DNA from: Octopus sinensis
Taxonomy: Eukaryota
Length of the DNA: 64,000 bases
Assembly (NCBI RefSeq): GCF_006345805.1
Contig: NC_043008.1
Span: 67,456,001-67,520,000 of the forward strand
Direction: 5' to 3'
In this document: one piece after another, positions 42,623-54,746 of the stretch
Layout: each line of letters begins with the position of its first letter
Numbering within the stretch: position 1 is the first letter of the stretch
Translations under genes and position numbers: made by a program
The notes under the pieces: model-generated
Databases searched by the model: none
Seen by the model: only the letters and a program-made list of their open reading frames with translations
Told to the model about the DNA's origin: nothing

Positions 42623-42629
42623 CATAATA

Positions 42630-44310
42630 ATGATTTCTTTATTGGCTACAAGGTCCGAACACAAAACAAGTAGGGACAATACAACACAAGGGAGAATTGG
42701 GGTTTGGAACAATGACGTATATACAATAAATAACAATACAATTAAATTATAAAATTACCCCAAAGAAGGGAGTTCTTCACAGGGCCAACCGTGGAACCCA
42801 ACACATCCTGGTTACCTTGAGTGCCAAGTGCACCTCAGCAGGTGCCCCTTTCCTTCTCAACTACTCCAGTTTCAGAAGCGTAAGTTAAGAGCCGGCACAT
42901 TCACACGGCCATCCTCACCATATAGACTCACCTTGGAACAAAAATGCTGAGGGGGTGGGGGAAGAACTTCCCCCTCCGCTTTCACTTTCTTTTTGAAGTG
43001 GACTTGAAAATTCAATTAGGGCTTGGCCGAAGAGGAAGGTATCTTTTTCAGACCTTTCAATCTTGTCTATCACACTACCTCCTTCGCCATAGCCATCAGA
43101 CAGAAGAAAATTGCCTTTCCTTCCCGGATATAAGAAAGCGGCGGGGCGATTTTCACGATGAATTCGACTGATAACAGGATCCATTCTACACTCGTCAACA
43201 GCTGTTCGACAAAGCTCCAAAAGTCTAATGCCCGGACGCTGAACGAGTGCATGCAGAACGGTTTCGTCGCCCTGCGCAGAGCTCGGACAGATCCCTCTGG
43301 CAGCACTTCTGTGTCTGTAGAGCTTGTCTCGAACCGGCAGACCTTCCCGGTAGAACTAACAGGCCAGGGTTTTCTAGAAGTTATCAATAGGCCCCAACCC
43401 GAGAGTCTTCCAGAAAAACCAGTTAATTGATCCCTCCCGACGCCCAAAATTATCCCGATGATGCTGTTGTTCTTGTTAGCCACTAAACCACTATAGAACT
43501 CCATAGTAGAACTACCACCGATCGCGTTTGCCGATACTCCAGGTGCCAGGCACCCTTTCACGATCCACGCTCGATCCAAAACTGTAGCTCCGTCAATAAG
43601 AAGAGCTGCAGAATAACCTGTGATAAACGGCGACCACACCCACTCACTGTTAAGAAAACGCTGGAGATGTAGTCTCAGTGCGTGTCTCCGCATCATTAGC
43701 CAGAGCATACCCAGTCCTCTACTCAGCTGTTGACAGCAGAGGGACCGTCTGACGAGTGGAACACGTCCCTTCTACAGAAACAGGAAGAGCAAGCGCTCCA
43801 GTTTGATTAGTGAAGAAGCAAGGCAAGAAACGACGGCCAGGCAGTAATAGATAATGGAAACGATGTACACATTCGCACCTCCGCCTGACTCTTCAGGGAC
43901 AGCCTCCTCTCTGCCCATTTCCGGGTGAGACTGGCTACCCTGCTCACTACCCCTCCCCTCAGTTCTTGTTCACCTGGAGGTCCGGACCAGACCAAACCAG
44001 ACCAGACTCCGAGCAATTTAACCGGTCCTTCCGTCCAACTCCCTAAAGCGCTATCAGTTGGCATGGACCTGCCTCTCCGGATGCCGAGCTGCAGGCTTGC
44101 CGACTTTTCCTGATTAATCTTTACTCCTGTCACCGCTTTGTACTTCCTTGAAGTAGTGCTAATCACCTCGATTTCCGAGCTGTCCGACGCTATTACGGTA
44201 ACGTCGTTCGCATAAGTCGTCACGAACATTCCGTATCCTAGATCACGCGCAATGCCCCTCAAAATATCCAACTTCCTTAGTAATCGCTCTCGATCTATTA
44301 CTAAGAGAAG
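42630..44310 (-). mobile_element. Tx1/L1-clade LINE, 5'-truncated, with intact 3' end
   Basis: TYANDVTV, TGVKINQEKS, W.ERRLSL, PVRDKLYRH...HSFSV; ends AATAAAGAAATC plus (ATT)n. Confidence 0.88.
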
Positions 44311-44339
44311 AGAAGAGGAGTGAGTGGGCATCCTTGAAC

Positions 44340-44522
44340 AATACCCTGCGCAAAACCAAAAATATGGAACCCTAGTCATAATACCAGCTTGAACTTCTAC
44401 CCTATTGTCCCTTAAGGGTTTTAGGTGAGACTTGGAGTCAACTTCTACAAATACAAAGCAAAAGCCAAGCATACAATAATAATAATAATAATAATGATAA
44501 TAATAATAATAATAAAAATAAA

Positions 44523-44592
<70 letters not shown>

Positions 44593-45097
44593 GTAACCCT
44601 TTCTACTACAAAAAATTAAGCAAGTATAAAATACCTGAAATAGAAATTAGAACTAAAACAATACCTATTATTATAGGTGTCGCAGAAATGATAGCAAGAG
44701 GGACGGATTGCTACCTATTTCAAATAAGAAATCCTAAAATGGAAAAAATTAAAAAAAGATTGTGCTCATATCCTACGAATAATATTGTCTATGTAATCCT
44801 GAAAACATTTTAATCTGTAAACAATGTCAAAATACTTTTAAATATACATAATAGCAAGCACCTTTTACTGTCATCTTAACATCACGTTACCATCTTATAA
44901 TCAAATTACTTTTAAACGAGCTTCTAATTTACTTATGTTTTGGCAGACATTCTCTAGAACAATACACTGTTCAAAACCAAAAATATGACACCTTGGTCAT
45001 AAACCAACTTGAACTTCTTACTTATCTTTTGAGCTCTCTGAGTGAGATTTGGAGTCAACTTGTACAAATACAAAGCAAAAGTCAAAGATAGAATAAT
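44340..45097 (+). mobile_element. Two R4 family-B-related 3' fragments separated by (AAT)n
   Basis: The 3' UTR motif gtgagacttggagtcaactt.tacaaatacaaagcaaaag occurs twice; KLSKY..EIE..TKTIPIIIG remnants. Confidence 0.8.
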
Positions 45098-45104
45098 ATT
45101 AATA

Positions 45105-45668
45105 AGCCTTTCTACCGGAAGCACAAGGCCTCAAATTTGGGGAAAGGGATTAAGTCGATTACATCGACCCCAGTGAGTAACTGGTACTTATTTAACCGAT
45201 CCCGAAAGGATAAAATGTAAAGGCGATTTCGGCGGAATTTGAACTAAGAAAGTAGCGACAAACGAAATACCTATTTCTTTACTATCCACAAGGGGCTAAA
45301 CACAGAGGAGACAAACAAGGACAGACATACGGATTAAGTCGATTATATCGACCCCAGTGCATAACTGGTACTTATTTAACCGATCCCAAAAGGATAAAAT
45401 GTAAAGGCGATTTCGGCGGAATTTGAACTAAGAAAGTAGCGACAAACGAAATACCTATTTCTTTACTATCCACAAGGGGCTAAACACAGAGGAGACAAAC
45501 AAGGACAGACAGACAGACGGATTAAGTCGATTATATCGACCCCAGTGCATAACTGGTACTTATTTAACCGATCCCGAAAGGATAAAATGTAAAGTCGATC
45601 TCGGCGGAATTTGAACTCAGAACGTAGCGGCAGACGAAATACTGCTAAGCATTTCGCCCGGCGTGCTA
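45105..45668 (-). mobile_element. Tandem array of three Deu/Nin-like SINE units (~185-bp period)
   Basis: gattaagtcgatta.atcgaccccagtg...gaaatac repeated three times. Confidence 0.88.
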
Positions 45669-45694
45669 ATTTTAGCAGTAGAAGTAGTAGTAGC

Positions 45695-45731
<37 letters not shown>

Positions 45732-45732
<1 letters not shown>

Positions 45733-46038
45733 AATGGGATGGCAATGGTGATGATGGATAACTTGTGTTAATCGGAGAGAATGAGTAATTTGAGTAGATT
45801 TGATTGTTGTGAGAACCTAAGGACTGTGTAATTTAATAGGTTTTCAATTGTACAAGTATCGAGGAGCGGTTGTAACGAATTCCTCGTAATATGCTTTCGT
45901 TATCTAGCTTTGCAGCCGGCTCATCTCTGACTGATGGATCCAAACCTATGAACAAAGGCTTCCCAGCGTTGACCATCTCCTCTCTCTCTGGAAGAATGTA
46001 CATCTATGACTACGTTACCATATATACCCTATGGCTTC
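45732..46038 (+). repeat. Direct repeat copy 2 (see 34251-34558)
   Basis: Near-identical sequence. Confidence 0.9.
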
Positions 46039-46237
46039 TAGCAGGTTGACTGACCAAATAGGAGCAGCTTCGGAAAGATAAAGAGATTGATAGACAAAAG
46101 TTATTGTCTTTTTTCATGAATCAAGTAAATAAAGAATATGTTCCAAAATTTAAATTTTGAACTTACTTTCAATTATAAAATTACATCTCTCATCAGCTAA
46201 AAGCAATTTTTCTAGAATTATTGCAGATATTCTTTTA

Positions 46238-46450
46238 TTCTTTTACTTGTTTCAGTTATTTGACTGCGGCCATGCTGGAGCACCATCTTAAAGGGATCTT
46301 TTAGTCAAAGAAATCGACCCCAGGATATATTCTTTGTAAGCCTATCACTCTCTTTTTCTGAGCCACTAATTTACGGGAACGTCAGCACACCAGTATCGGT
46401 TGTCAAGTGATGGTGGAGCACAAACACAGACACAAAGCCACACACACACA
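46238..46450 (-). mobile_element. OK/OR-type SINE 3' half
   Basis: ttttacttgtttcagt.atttgactgcggccatgctggagcacc. Confidence 0.8.
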
Positions 46451-46451
46451 C

Positions 46452-46490
<39 letters not shown>

Positions 46491-46491
<1 letters not shown>

Positions 46492-46857
46492 TAGCAGTAT
46501 CGCCCGGCGTTGCTCAGGTTTGTAAGGGAAATAACTATAAAGCATTTTTAGAGAGTTATAGCCAAAAAATAGCAAAAAAATGGAAAAAAATGATGGCAAA
46601 TTTTTTTGGAGATTTAAAAAAGGTGTAGTTGCGTCCCCTAGACAGTTTGTGGTTCGTGTTTCTGATTCTCGACCCCATGTCGAATTTATCGATTTTTTTC
46701 AGAACTGGGGGAACTTTTCAAAATTTTCGCTGCGTTAGTTTTGAATTATGACATTGGGCTATGTGTGTGTCAAGTTTCATCAGAATCGGTTGAAAGCCGT
46801 GGTCAGGGTGAGGGTACAAGCAAACAGACACACAGAAACACGCACAGACAAACTGCC

Positions 46858-46870
<13 letters not shown>
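46491..46870 (-). mobile_element. Non-autonomous Helitron
   Basis: Minus-strand 3' end cctgagcaacgccggg hairpin plus CTAG; 5' end tatatataaacggcagtttgtctgtg; inserted in (TA)n. Confidence 0.8.
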
Positions 46871-46891
<21 letters not shown>

Positions 46892-46994
46892 TTAATCATA
46901 TCGGAGGGAAATGGAAATTAATAGAAATTTTCGCTTCTAGTGGCTTAGCGTGTAAAAATTTAGTCCAAAGACTATTATTACTCATAGAATACAG

Positions 46995-47700
46995 TGTACA
47001 TTTAAACACATAAGGAATCCATTCGTGGGATTCAACACGCTAGAAAGAACAGCTAGGTTCTATAGACACAAAATTAGGGATAATTTCGTTTCATTTCGTT
47101 TCTGTCGAATTTTATCCCTAATTTTGTGGTTATAGAATTTAGCTGTTCTTTCTAGCGTGTTGAATCCCACGAGTGGATTCCTTATGTATTTAGATGTAAC
47201 TATATTATTTTTATATAGTGACATACTTCTCTGTCATATATACTTGTGTCCAAAACTTGAACAGGTTATAACATAAATTAAATTTTCGGATGCAGAAGTG
47301 AATTTGGTCTTAATTGTGAACCTCTCTCCTTGTTTGAATTGGAATTCCGAGCCTTCCAGTAGGTTGGGGAATGTTTCGCAATATGGACATCCACACTTTT
47401 AATCATTGGTTTCGTGGTTGTTGTATATAGCCTTGCATTTATCAGTAGTCTTTTCAGCGATTTGGGTTGTTTTTTTACTTTTGATAAATTTACATGTTTT
47501 AAGAATGTAATTCATTTTTGGATCCCTAGTGAACATTAGTAGATTTTGTACAATGGCTTTGTATGCCTCATTGTTTCTAGGGTTGTGAGTCGATATATAG
47601 GGTAGTATTTTGAAATGAGGCGTAGTGTTTCATTTTGTTTTCCTTAGTGTTTTAATGCTTGTTTTCTTGGCATGTTTAATTCCATCATCTATAAGTGAGG
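46995..47700 (-). mobile_element. Penelope-like element: GIY-YIG remnant ending in a long fold-back
   Basis: Minus strand LPYISTHNPRN...IKSKKQPKSLKRLL...FTSASENLIYVITC...KYI; inverted repeat about 47007-47075 / 47109-47187. Confidence 0.8.
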
Positions 47701-47719
47701 ATCCTGGGTATGACTATAA

Positions 47720-50095
47720 ACTACATTCGGTAGTGGGACCCTGGAGCCTGGTTTCAGGGTTTGATGAGTGTGGAACCCCTCTTAGCCACTATTGTTCCCA
47801 GGTCTACCCTGTGAGGGTCCAAGCTATGGGTTAACTAGCAAACCCTTGCGACTGGAGGGGAGGATCTGTAGAATGTAATCGCCGTATTCCCTGCGTGGCG
47901 TAAGACGCGACTAAAAGGGGAAGGAGCGAGGGGACTGAGAATCCTCCCCTCCTAGTAAATCCATGTTCCTAAAAAGACAACAAGAAAAGGACAAGGGGGT
48001 GAGAGAAGTCAGACACCAAATCTCACCCTAGTACAAGGATCATGAAATGAGAAATGGGGGTGTTGTTTTAGTGCATTTGGTCCAGGGATTGAGGAAGAAG
48101 TAGAGGAGTTCTGGAGGGAATTGACAGAGTTTGTGGATAGGGTGGAGAAAAGTGGTTATGTGGTGGTGTTGGGTGATTTGAATGCGCGAGTGAGAAATGA
48201 GGAAGTAGAAAATGTAGGAAAATATGGAGTTCCTGGTCGGAATGAGAGTGGAAGAAGATTGTTGGAAATGTGTATGGAGCAGGAGTTGATGGTGGGGAAT
48301 AGTTTTTTTTTTTTAAGTGGGAGAAGAATAAGTTCACGTAGTGGAGGGTGGAAGGAGGAACAGGGATCTTTTCATTTCCAAGGCCTGTTTTGTCAGATTT
48401 TTCTAGTTAACTAAATAATTTGAAACTTCGTATACTGGTAGAGTGTCTCAAAAGAAAACACTAGTTTCAACTTGTTTATTTGAGAAAAATGTATTTTATA
48501 ACTTTAAGGGTAGATTAAATCTGCGAATTTTAACCAATCGTATTGTTTGTTTTCATTTGAAATAATTAAGTGCATTATCTTAGTGTGACGTAGAAAGCTA
48601 TTTTGTGACGTAGACAGCTGTGCGTAGGTCTGTGTTTTGTGTGCGTGTGTGTGTGTTTGATGGGGTGTGGGAGACAGAAAGTATGTTGTGTAAGTGAAGT
48701 ACTTCTGTTAGTGTGTGTGAAGAGACAGAGAGAGTAATGTGTGAAAGAGAGAGATAACTGAAATTTTTTACTCGGTGTATGTGTATATGTATGTATGCAT
48801 GTATGTGTGTGTGTGTGTATGTATCTATGTATGTGTGTGTGTGTGTGTGTGTATGTATGTTTGTGTGTGTATGTATGTATGGCCGATTCAGTGTTTACAT
48901 TATTTCGAGTTAAAACGAAAGATTACCAAAAAAAATTTTGTCTATATCTTCGATCACTGTCATTATTCCATTGAGTTAACCTCATTATTTTCTACATAGC
49001 AAAGGTAATCTTTCGTTTTAACTCGAAATAATGTAAACACTGAATCGGCCATACATACATACACACACACACATACATACACACACATACGAAAGATTGC
49101 CAAAGATAAAAAGTTACAGAAATAAAAGTTACACGAATAAAGTAAGGAATAAAAATCACAAAAAATATACGAAAATTTACAAAAACTAAGTTAGTTATAT
49201 AATATATAAGTTTAATATATAAGTTAGTTAATAATATATAAAAAAAATGTGAATAGAAACTGAAGGAATACGGTAACCGGGTGTTTACATTTCACGTATG
49301 TTAAATACGTCAGCAAAATAGCCGTTTACGTCTACTGAGACGGAGTAAATAATATGAAGCCGAAAGACCGAATACCATTGGTTAAAATTATAATTATTAA
49401 ACAACGTTAAACTTTGAAATTACAATTCCGTTTTCATTCTGGTTTACAATTATGTTTTCTTTTGACACATTCTACCAGTATACGAAGTTTCAAATTGACT
49501 GGTTAAGTAGGAAAAATCTGAAAAAAGAGACCTTGGAAATGAAAAGATCCAGGAACAGTAGTGTATAGGGCCTTGATGGATTATTTATAAATTGATAAGA
49601 GAGTGGTAGGAAAGTTGGTGGATGTACATGTATTGAGAGTTGAAGGTGGAAGTGTGCCAGATCACTTCTTAGTTCAGGATAAGTTGAAGGCATGCTCAAA
49701 ATGAAATGTTACAGGGAGGAGAGATATTGTGAAGGTAAGTGAACTGGATAGGAGAGAGAAGGGACAGGAGCATGTTGAAAAACTGAGAGGTGAATATGAA
49801 CAGATTAAGAAACGGGAGGTAAGATACGTGGAGGAGGAGTGGGAGGCTTTCAGAAAGGCAGTAAAGAGATGTGCTTCTGAGGTATGTGGTACACACGTGG
49901 TTGGAATAGTTGTGAGGAAAGGTAGTGAGTGGAGAAATGAGCAGGTAAGGGATGCAGTGGCAGAGAAGAAAAGGGCCTTTGAAGAGTGTTTGCAGAAAGG
50001 AGATGGAGTGACTTAGGATTGGTACTGAGAAGTGACGAGGAGAGTAAAGAGAGTGGTGAGGGTGGCGAAATGGGAAGCGAGTGAAAGGTTCGGGA
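47720..50095 (+). mobile_element. RTE-clade LINE 5' part (structured 5' UTR plus APE endonuclease), interrupted by a TIR element
   Basis: VVLGDLNARV, GKYGVPGRNESGRRLLEMC...GNSFF; resumes at 49559 with MDY...DHFLV, EEEWEAFR..V...A.EVCG and EW.NE.V..AV.EK. Confidence 0.85.
48364..49550. mobile_element. Non-autonomous DNA transposon with ~100-bp TIRs and 8-bp TSD (Merlin- or MULE-like)
   Basis: AGGAACAG|GGATCTTTTCATTTCCAAGG ... CCTTGGAAATGAAAAGATCC|AGGAACAG. Confidence 0.9.
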
Positions 50096-50330
50096 AAGTT
50101 AAATATGTTTCGATTTCTAAAACAGCTCTTACAATTCTGCTGCAATTTTCAACTTCATATCTATGTGAATTGCGATTTTCCGCTCTCTCTACTATCAAGA
50201 ACAAAAAGCGAGGAACACTTTCATGCATTGATGAAGAAATGCAAGTTTGTCTTTCAAATATATACCCAAATATTGAAGAAATTGCCTAGACACATCGAGT
50301 TAAAGTTTCCCATGAACTCAAGAATGAAGA
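50095..50330 (+). mobile_element. hAT (Charlie/Buster-type) transposase C-terminal remnant
   Basis: ALTILLQFSTSYLCELRFSALSTIKNKKR..L......VCLS.I.PNIEE (hAT dimerisation domain). Confidence 0.85.
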
Positions 50331-50552
50331 ATTTTAACCCATTAAGTCCCAGAGTACTTAAATTCCTGAATATTATTTAAAATTTTTTACAGATGATTAA
50401 AAATAGGTTAAAATTTAAAAAAATAATTATTAAAACTCCTTTATTTCAAGTTGAATTGGAATTACTCGGTGTCCTATAAATAGGACACTGAGACAATGTG
50501 ATAGAGCTTATTTAATGTTCCCATTTAGTGTCCTATTTATAGGACAGTGGGA

Positions 50553-50587
<35 letters not shown>

Positions 50588-50928
50588 ACTGCCCGTCTGT
50601 CTGTCTGTCTACAAACAAACGTATATGTATGTGTGTGTATGTTGTGTATGTGTATTTGCCTGTGTGTGTTTCTGCCTGTCTATCTGTCTATCTGTATGTC
50701 TGTATATATGTGTGTATGTATGTATATCTATATGAGAATGTTCCCTTATCAAATCAAAACCGGAAATAGAACAACTTGTTAATAAAAATGTTTTGTACAC
50801 TGGCCATGTGCTGCCCTGAACAGATTTCCTAGACACCACTCCTTTTGCTGAGAGGAGAACGCCGTTCAGTTTATAGACGGACGGCGACAGATACAAGGAG
50901 TGGTATTATTATCATTACTATTATTATT

Positions 50929-51428
50929 GAGTGAGAGAGCAGTGCATGCCATCAAAGTGACACTGGGGTAAAATATACGAAGCCCAATATACCCATCATG
51001 ACTACCCGTCTGATAAGGGTACACCAGGCACATGCATCACAACCATATGTGCGCGACACGGTGATCTCATATCAAGATAAACAGCAGCACATGACCTTGC
51101 AGGTGGGGCCCAGTTAGAAATTTCTTCAGGTTGAGTAGCCCATCCCGCTCAAAAGGTCCCTGAATAAGGGTTGTTTAAGGATGTTGAAAGAACCACCCAT
51201 GTTTCCAGAGGTGAATTATTCAAACCCCAAAGAATCCCTCTCAACACATGGCTATGATACTCCCCCACTACTTCTGCTCATGATCATAGATGCATATATC
51301 GTCAGCCACTAAGGGACATGCTCAACTGGTTAAGGTCAAACAACTGACAAGCAAATCTGTGGTATTGAGCAGAATATTTGCTGTAGCCCATCTTTTATAC
51401 CAAGACAAAACAATGTACATGATAACAC
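50929..51428 (-). mobile_element. 556-bp-family element lacking its first ~57 nt, fused to an R4 body
   Basis: Shares the GAGTGAGAG end after (TTA)n; the other end joins R4 coding sequence at 51429. Confidence 0.9.
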
Positions 51429-54400
51429 GTCTGAATGTTAAACTCCCACAGCATCTTATATTTCTTTACTAGGTTCATGTTCATACCATTTATCAGTTTG
51501 GTTAAATTGTAGTTTTCTACATAACTCCCAGTGGATTACTCTCCCTAGATTGTCATGTCTTTTCTCCTATTCTTTCAGTGTCAGCATGCTACAATCATTA
51601 ACTATATGAGTAACACTTTCCCCTTTTGATTTGCATAACCTATATCGGATTTTGTATATCTTAGTATTTATCCAATTAGTCGTTAATGCTTGATCTTGTG
51701 ATGCTATTAACAATCTTTGTGTCTCCATTTTCAGCCTACCTTGATGCAACCATAATCATGTCTCACTACAACTATTGCTGCAACTATCTTTGAGAACCTA
51801 TTCTGCAAAGCTTTCTCCAGCAAGTCAGATAACTTCTGTTCTTTTTTCTGGCTTTTAAATTCGTTTGGTTTTTTGGTTTTCCTATGTTTTGCTGTGACTC
51901 TAGAAGTTCTTAATAACTTTTCCTTACTACTACCTACATAGGAGTCTATATCTACCCTAGCTACCTCCACGCATTCTTCTACTGATATTAGCCCTCTTCC
52001 ATCTTCCTTTCTAGGTAAGTATAATCCTGCTACTCTTGCCCTTGGGTGGAGTCCGCTATTCGTTTTGAATTCCTTCCTAGTTCTTCTGTCTATCTTTGCT
52101 AATTCAGTTTTTGTCCAATCTACAAAAGCTGCAGTATATCTAAGTAAAAATACTGCCCAAGTATTTACAGCCTCTACTAGATTCTGACAATTTAGCTATG
52201 ATTTCATTTGCTTCCTTACCCTTCTGATGTACTCCTCAGTTTTCGTTTCAATTTCTATAGTTCGTACTCTGTCAGATACTAATACTCCTAGATGTTTCTA
52301 ACTCTCTCCTTCTTTTAATGATTTTAATGTCTGACCATCTGGTAATTGGATGACTTCACTGTTGACTACCTGTCCCCTGTTCATGACTAATATTGTACAC
52401 TTTTCTATGCCAAATTCCATGCCTATATTTTTGCTGAAGAGTTTTACAGTCTGTATTAAGGAATCTATCTCTTTCATTCTTACTAAAAACCTTCAGATCA
52501 CCCATGTGGAGCAAATGGCTAATTTTAATTTTACTATTTCTGAACTGATACCCTGCCTTTGCCTTCTTTAATACTAAATTGAAGGGGATCGGACATATGA
52601 CAAATATTAAAGAGGATAACGAGTCTCCTTGTTAAATTCCTCTGTCGATATTAACCATCCCCAAAACTGTGTCGCCGAAGTAGAGATCTACTTTCCATTT
52701 CCTCATGCTAAAGCTAATTCATTCTCTTATGTTGTCTGCTATACTGAATATACTCAAACATTCACTTGTCCTTGAGTGTGGGATCATGACATTGACTTTC
52801 CTATAATCTATCCAAGCTATCGTTAGATTTTTCTTTCCAGCTTTTACTTCATTTAGAACTACTTTGTCTACACATAATAGATCGTGCATTCCTCTAGCCT
52901 TCTTTCTGCAACCTTTCTGTTCATCTGGCAGTAAATTCTGATTGTCAAGGTGTTCGTAAATTCTTTCTGAAAGCATTCCTATTAACAGCTTCCATACTAA
53001 TATTAAGCAAGTGATTGGTCTATAATTGCTAGCTGTTTTACCTTTGCTTTCATAAGGAGTATTGTCCTCCCTCTAGTCATCCAATCTGGTATTATTCCCC
53101 CATTCAGGTAATCCTGAAGTTGTTTCCTCAGCCTCCCATTTAAACTACTAAATTTCTTTTTCCAGTACCCTTGAATTAAATTCAGTTCTGGGACCTTCCA
53201 ATTCGGCATTTTTCCTAACACTTTACTCGTTAATGCACTGGTTAATCTTAGATCTGGCTGCTTCTCACTCATTACTTCTTCCTTCACTTTCTTTAATCAT
53301 ACTGCATCTCCATTATGATTGACTGGCTTATCCCAAATATTACTCCAGATCTTTCTAGCTTCTTCTGCATTAGGTATCACATCTTCAGTACTTCGTTCTC
53401 TACTATTTATTTGGTTATAAAATCTCCTCTGGTCTGTCTCAAAAAATACATTCTGTTGATACTGATTTATTATTTTCTGATATCTGGAGAACTTACCGCT
53501 AATGCTATGCTACGCTACGCTGTTTCAACTCTTCTATTACTGTCCCAAACCCTTTCTCTTTGACTAAGTATTTTTTCTCTAGAGAAGATTTAAATCTTGT
53601 GTTACCTAACTTGTTTAGTTTGCAGGCTTCTATTCTACCTAGATCTTGTCTTAAAGTTTTCACTTATTTTGTAATCTCCTTTTCCACATTTTCTCTTTCA
53701 AATCTTTCTGTGTGTAATATCTAATCTCCTGCTAACTACTACTCCTCCTGCGTAGATCAATAAGTTAGTGTCTCCTGTATTTTTAGTATCAATCCAACTG
53801 TTAAAAGAATCCAGGGGCGAAAGTTTTATAAATGAAAAGCATGCACTTGCATGCCTTACTATTTTCTCGCAATGAATAATTTTTGTGTAATATATAATTG
53901 ATTATTGATAATTTTCACTAGATTCATTGTAGTCATATTTACACTTATTTCGCATTCCTTAATTTCTTAGTATAAAATGGTCAACAGAAACATATGGAAG
54001 GGAAAGCAAATTTTTTACTGCTTGCTTTCACTCATAGTAAGAGCAGTGATGTTATTTTCTTTGTATTCTTTTATTTCCGAAGAGGGAAACAAAAAATGAG
54101 TGAGTGGTGAAGGAAAAGAAAGACAGATAAAGTAGATATTTTACTGCTTACCTATCAGCCGTATTAAGCCAGCAGACACGTTGTCAACTTTTCTCTCTTG
54201 AAGTGCTGATGTTTTTACCGTCCTGTGCAGCAGAGATCAACACTTACCTATTCAGAGGATTCTTGAGGCTTTCCTCATAGTCGGACAGATTTAGACGATA
54301 AATGAATATTTAGTCAATTTACAGGTGTGTTTTATTACTTGTTGATATATTTCGTATGATTATTCGGTATCGAAGAGTACACGTTTTATCTTTTATCTTC

Positions 54401-54706
54401 TATTTGTTTCAATCAGTAGATTGTGGCCACGCTGGGGCACCACCTTAAACAATTTTTAGTCTAATGAATCTACTCCAGTACCTTCTTAAAGCCTCATGCC
54501 GAATTTTTGGTCTTTTGCGCCGAACTGCTAAGTTACGGGGACGTAACACATCAACAACATTTATCTAGCGTTGGTAAAGGACACAGACACGAATATACAC
54601 ACACACAAAAACACACACACACACGTATATATATTATATATGTGTGTGTGTGTGTGGTGTGTGTGTGTGCGCGTGTGAGAGTGTGTGTATATATATTATA
54701 TATATA

Positions 54707-54746
<40 letters not shown>

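Noticed and set aside
50335-50555. piggyBac-like MITE (TTAA|CCC start, internal palindromes)
   Set aside because: No matching right-hand terminus or TTAA was found.
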